From Botryllus schlosseri (Eukaryota), in NCBI GenBank assembly GCA_051294905.1, contig CM119375.1, forward strand, positions 6,820,001 to 6,884,000: DNA of 64,000 nucleotides, in the 5' to 3' direction. Of the stretch, positions 57,773 through 64,000 are shown one piece after another. The first letter of the stretch is position 1. Every line of letters starts with the position of its first letter. Made by a program: the position numbers and the translations under genes. The notes beneath the pieces were generated by a model. That model worked only from the letters and a program-made list of their open reading frames with translations, was not told where the DNA came from and did no database searches.

Positions 57773-60700
57773 GCCATGCACACATATATATCTCGCGACA
57801 CTCAGCGTACGACTAAAATACCTTTTTCCAATTCATTTCGACTTTCTGTCGGCGACCGCAATAATACCGGGGAACATGCACGGCTAAATTCCTGATTATA
57901 GCAATAGCTCTAAGGTCTTCGTGTATGCCGATCCCAATCCCAACTCAATCCAAGATGTGAGCTACGCATATACATCGCACTCACGCCGCTGTGTGTAACC
58001 TCTGCACATCGATGATTGGTTGCATCGTCAAGATTGATGTGCTACCAACGGTTTATATATGGTCGCGGTAGCGGTATCATACTCCCTCGATATACCAGCG
58101 ATCCATAACAAAGGGATGAACATTTTATACCTCGTCACACCAAGACAATTTACCAAGGCCTAACCGCCGGTTATTGTCATAAACTTCTTCCTTGTAGCGG
58201 TGTTGGGTCTGCACTTGTGAACTCTGATGAATGCAATGGAATGAGTCTACAACAAACAAGGGTTCTCCTTTCATCTACGATGGGTTAAAGAATTCTAAAG
58301 GCCATTGTCTTGCGAGAGTCATATTAAGATTTTGTTCCGGTATCAAGTAGGAAGTGGCACATACGCGGCAACAAAAGATAACATGAAAACCCGGCACTGG
58401 ATGGCTTAGCATAACAATATACAACGGAACCAGAGAGAAACACATCCTCTTCATCAGTATACCTGAGTTATTGTCTCATGCACTGTGCCCGGGGAAAGTA
58501 TTTCCGTGGAAAACTAATATATGGTGTTTGTATAGGATTTAGAAAAAAGAAACGTGTGGCGGTGTATACGAGGATAAAAAAGGACACTAATATTACTAAT
58601 ATCCGTGTTGAAAAGGAAGAATACGACGCATGAAGCATAGTTCATGAACCCGAAATATCCGAATCTGCGTAAAACCGGACGGTCCATGCTATGCTACATG
58701 GGTACTGGGTAGTCACATGAAATAGGCTACACACTACAAACTCACTACCAGAACTGCTTATATATCCCTAAACTCTGGAAATATTTCCTGTCTGCGTATA
58801 TGTAATCCTAAGTAGATGCCATTTTACTCTGTGCGCTGTGTAGGTTATTGTCTGGTTTGGAAGTTCAGTCACGAGTTTGGAATAGCGCAACACGCGTTCC
58901 TCATAAAACTTCATATTTAGACGCATATATCCTGTAGCGGATCACGTATTAATTAGTAATTCAGAACGATTTGGCGACGCGTTAAATATTCCCAGACATC
59001 AACCGAGCCTGATGAGCACGAGGCGTCGCAAATTCGTGGATCACAATCCTATGATTTACAATCCCAGTAACTGGAAATTTACGTCCGAACTTTTCCCCTG
59101 CGCATCAGCGCCATACCCACTGATCAATATAGCTTCCATGCATCGAATATTGCACACGAACTTTCATGATACGTGACTTCCTGATATATCTTCGATTTAT
59201 TCGATAATGCTGTCTCAAAATGTTCCAACGAATGCTCATCTCATGCGAGTGTAACTAAATATATACAAAAATGCATCTGATTTACTTACCTATCATCTTA
59301 ATCTTTTGCGATTGCTATATCTAACTTCGATCCTATATAAAGAACTTGCGATGCGTATGCCGCAACTTTACATAATGAAGTCGAATTTGGGGCCTGTGGG
59401 TATATACTTTCCAAATTACAACCTTGTCAGTACCGCGAACGTATTGAGAATTTCTACAGGCCGTAAAACATCTTGGGCAACAATTGCAATATTGGAAATT
59501 ACTAGTTACCGTATGCAGATTCAGCATGCAGGCACGAATATCAATCATTTACGTTTTCCGTCGCAATTGACAGGCCAACAATGCAGAATAAACGATCCAT
59601 TTCCCTGTTACCATCAACACAGCTCGAAATATAATTGTGCCGGAACATATACTATATGAATAATTTGGCACTAAGCACGGCGCTTCCTCATAAATCCCTA
59701 GCGTAAATCCAGCCGATTTCATCTCACCAAATGTAATCAGGGTCAAGCTCGGGTGCTGTTATTACAAAGAGAAAAAACAGTCCATATTGAGATGGACATG
59801 GCGGTCGTACTTAGTCCATGGGTCACTCGGTGCACAAATGTTTATCATTTACGTGAGTCATATCGCCAAGTTTTGGGTGTCGCTGCACGCCGATGTTGCA
59901 CGTTCAACCTCAAGATGATTCAATCCACGTCTGTGCAAGCAGTTTGGTTCGCATCTCATCCAGTATTTGCCGAGTTACAATGCGTTAAAGCTGGCGCTCT
60001 TTTGAGAATCACGGCGGAGAAGGTATACATGGACATTGGATAATTATGGCGACAATATGTAATACGTCCGCACGTTGTACGGAACGTTCCTACGTGTTCG
60101 GTGTCCCGCAGTCATGCAGCGATATTCTGAACCGTACACAAAGCCGAGCTTACATGATTAGCGATTGCAATCAATGGAAGAAGTCGTGACCAATAATTTC
60201 TGGCGATATGTCTCCTGAGCGTGGCACTAAGGAGGAAGGAAGAATCACGAAAAATGGATCATCGAAAATCGACGCTATGCATTGTGTTACGTCTGCACGC
60301 GTTAAATCAATGTACTACTACCACGGGCGGTTTGCTCACAATGCTCAACCTCAGGCTTCAGTACTATAAATGTTTCTCCTCGTAATGCATTTGATATATA
60401 CATCAACCATTACGACCCACCCCAGTATATAGCGACTACGCCAATGTGGGTGCTTTACGCAGAGGAACTGCAGTGCCGTTTAATCTCAAACCCCCAAAGC
60501 GCCTTGATGAATTCGGATGATTTTCAACAAAATGAAGGCAGCTAATTTTATACTTCTAATTGACCTTCGTTTACAAGTGCATCGGGCGATTATCGGCGTT
60601 CTTTCCAAATACAAACAAACACAATCCGAGCTATACACCAAGTCATTATGATAATCCAGTGTCGTAACCATTCACCGTATGGAACGGAAAATTCGCAATT

Positions 60701-63700
60701 GTGGAATTATTCCAGTGCGAAACTTTGTCGGGCAGACGGTGCCGCCTTCAGGTTAAAGTTCGGCGCGAACCGCTCGGGATGGAAGCATGGAAATATCGCG
60801 CACAAACTCTATCCAGACTCGCTAAGCTTCGCCGGCGGGCATTTAGACGCATCAATTTCGGAATGGTTAATCTTGATAGGGACTGCGAAGCTGACGGTAC
60901 GCCCTGGTACTGGGTCATGTAATCGCAATAAATAAACATACTGCGTGCCAGTGGAAGGCATGGAGATCTATCGCTTCGCAAAACCAATTGAATCTGCGGT
61001 ATTTGGAGCGAATGATGCCTATGTGTGGATAAGCGAGAATTGATAAATAAACACAGGTTAGACCGGGATATACTCTGCATCGTCTGGAATACGGAGAGGA
61101 AAGGAAAAAAGTTTGTAGCGCGGATATTACTTACCGCATTTCTCCCATTGCTGATCCTTGTAAATCGTGAATGAATCTTTCCATTACACAATCATACCGG
61201 CTTATATATTTTCAGAACTCCTGGCCATATTTACCAGTAACTATAGTCTATATATAGATTCTACTATTCCAAGCTATATTAATCAAAATCCACTCAACTG
61301 AATATTCCTGCCTCCATATTTCAATCGCACAGGTAGCAATCAACAGCATCCCTACTACGACCGTCATATTACAAACTTTTCGTCTTGATTATAGGGATCT
61401 AAATAAAAGTGATATATAGTCACGGTGTCATAATCCTACATCGTTCGCAGCCTGCTCCGAAAAGCCTTTTATTTAATCAGCAATGCATCATTATGATTAG
61501 GAGAGGTTACTGTCCGGACCTTTGATAATGTGTGATCATATGTACTGTAGCAATCAATCATAACACATGTTGCGAAAATCTTTTAGAGCAGCTCGCAATG
61601 ACATGGTTGGAGGGTAAATGAGTGTCCTGAAGCTGTAAAAGTAAGTGCGCGACAGGTCCAAAGTAATAAAGTTTTAGATCGGCCGGGAGCGGAGGTTAAC
61701 TGGAAAACTTTCGGCATAATATACTTGATGATAATTGATCAATATTTTTGACACGATAGGTTGCGGGGCCAATCGCAAAGCACAGTGTCCTGATTTTCCA
61801 AACATAACCCGACAATGAATAATATTCACGGAAATATGTGAAGTTTCGCATGCCGCTGTCAGAGATTCAATCATTTAATTGCGATATTGGTACAGTTTCT
61901 CTGTGAAAACGCGTACGGAAATTAACTACCAATCAAGAATGCATCCTGATATACTTTATTCCTGTAAAAACGCCCATCAGTTCAACATGATCTCCAAAAT
62001 GAAATAGATGACAGTCGGAATATAATTCGATTTGGTTTTATTTCTTTCTTACTAATCTGTCTATTGCGAATCTCATAACTGAACAATGGATACATTCTTC
62101 ACGCCAGCTCACACAATATAGGGAAGTTCTAGAACGTAATTACCTGGAAAAACATCTATTCATACGTTCCGGTATGCGCATGTACCTTATGCATTTCCAT
62201 GCTGCACATAACCTATTCGCCCGCCTCAGCGATATAATGGAAGCCCTATGTTTTCTTAGCATTCACATGACGGTACGATCCAATTCGCATAAGCGTGGGA
62301 TAGGCTAGTGCGCATACGTGGGTGGTACTTCCACATGTGGTTTTGGAGTGATGCCTGCGCGTTCGACTTCCGCAGTTGGAGAATGCATGCGATATAAAAC
62401 CGTCCTATTACCATATCCCAAATCTATCTTGTGATGCCTTCAGGGCAGTTCGAGCATGTCAAAACCTTGAACTAAATTACTAATTCCAGTATTTTCTTAA
62501 CAGTTCCGATTACCCGCTAAATGTCCATTTTAGTTCACCGAAGAATACACCAATGTAATCTACATCTCTTTTTTCCGAAAATCACCGTTTCTCTCAAACA
62601 AAGTCGCGTATCCCATGACTTTTGAACCTATCTGTAAGTAGCAAAATCGCTTTCACTTCCACGAGCCTTGAAAGCGATCAAAATCTCAACAAAACTACAG
62701 ACAATTCACAAGAGCAAAAGCGTGATTATCAGCATATGCGTGGAATGTATAGGCGAGCGCCGCTTGCTCGCACCAGTTCTATTCCAAATAGAAAGTGATG
62801 AGTCCGAATCCAGTTATCTGTTTATGACTCCTCTGTATTATGCACGTATACGCCAACATACATAAGCATGCGGCGTTGATTTAACCGCCTTCGTTAGCCA
62901 TCAATGAGGAAGTCACCGGAAATCGGCTTCACGTACGAGGACGTGGAGAGGAAAGTGGAAGCATTGTTTCAGAATTTCCAAATCTTGAAGGAAAGTGATC
63001 GTTCGCCCACTGCGTGGATTGATTCACACCCTCTGTCGGTACGGTACATGCCGAGAAATCGTCGAGGCTGCTTGGTATTCTCAAGAATTCTCGCTACCAT
63101 GCTTCTAAGACACGATCTCCTTATAAACCAATTTACTGCTGGAGACTTAATCCAAGATAACCATATGCGAAATTTCCGTACGCCGGTCTGCATCTACGAG
63201 CTGCTGTCGTGCTGTTACTCCATAATTTTGCACTACCGGTACACCGACGCAGCCTGATCATTTTGTGCATTCCAGTACACTTTCTCGCAAATTACAAGGC
63301 CAGACTCATCTCGTGTATGATGAGGAGATTGCTTGCCAATGTTGGAACCGCGATCAGTCGTTCCAACACGATTGTGAAAGCAATACCGCAGTACACTGGA
63401 TTTCAGGAGCGCGCGACACCGCCTGGTACAGATTACTATGTCAAATACCGCTAAATAAAGAGAATGTGATGAGGAACTTGTGTTTAAACAGGCTTTATCA
63501 GAGATATATCTTTAAACTTTGTTATCGCACTCGTGTGTGCATTCGGTATGTAATGCAATACCGGCACCGAGCATTCCCGCCATCAAATAATCATCGCTTG
63601 CGAAAATTCATGTCTGCGATTGCAACAACGGCCGCTGTGTAAACTATCGAGAAAAAGCCTTTCAAACTTATCTCGCAAAATGGATAATATATTGCAATCA

Positions 63701-64000
63701 TTAGATATTGCATGAGATTCATTATAAGTGAACGAGCTTGACAGGACTTCAAAATACCTACAATGTACAATCCAAAAGCTATACCCGTACGGAATTTATC
63801 AAAACGCACGATCTAAATCCGTATGTTGTAAAGATCCAATCAGAGACAGCTATGAGGATGTTCACAAAGTATTGCGTCGCTGTCTGATTCATATTCCTGC
63901 ATGCAGATGTATTTGCATTTCATAACATGCACAACTGCATGGATACAGCAGGTGTACTACATCGTTTTCACCTGGTTTCATTTCAAGACATCACATAAAT

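Noticed and set aside
53500-64000. Ikaros autoregulatory GGGAA sites
   Set aside because: The handful seen is no more than a 5-mer would give by chance in 10 kb.

Overview
Eukaryotic, AT-rich, intron-containing invertebrate-chordate DNA, most likely an ascidian/tunicate. This is inferred from the chordate-type Ikaros, introns as short as 64-68 nt and dense MITE content; the species cannot be proven from the sequence. Five protein-coding genes can be built by hand with GT-AG boundaries and consistent phases: (1) CDKL1-type kinase on the minus strand, running off the left edge, with a probable extra 5' coding micro-exon behind an RFX X-box; (2) an intronless IMPACT on +; (3) a 6-exon RDH11/12/13/14-like SDR on +; (4) a 4-exon CCDC42/CFAP73/CCDC197-family coiled-coil gene on +, also with a perfect X-box; (5) a 9-coding-exon Ikaros-family zinc-finger gene on - (4+2 fingers, about 665 aa) whose 5' non-coding part lies in a 10-kb, repeat-poor, CpG-rich stretch. 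Introns and intergenic DNA hold many non-autonomous transposons: several hAT-type MITE families with 8-bp TSDs, a Tc1/mariner-type MITE (TA TSD), a Mutator-like MITE (9-bp TSD), a 590-bp foldback hairpin, a decayed Buster/Charlie-like hAT and at least two SINE-like families, often nested. Nearly all single ORFs in the supplied track that are not part of these genes look spurious. There is no CRISPR, rRNA or genuine tRNA gene. I found no clearly new multi-gene system; the best leads are the modular Ikaros architecture, the RFX-marked ciliary gene pair with an N-terminally extended CDKL1, the intronless IMPACT and the foldback element.
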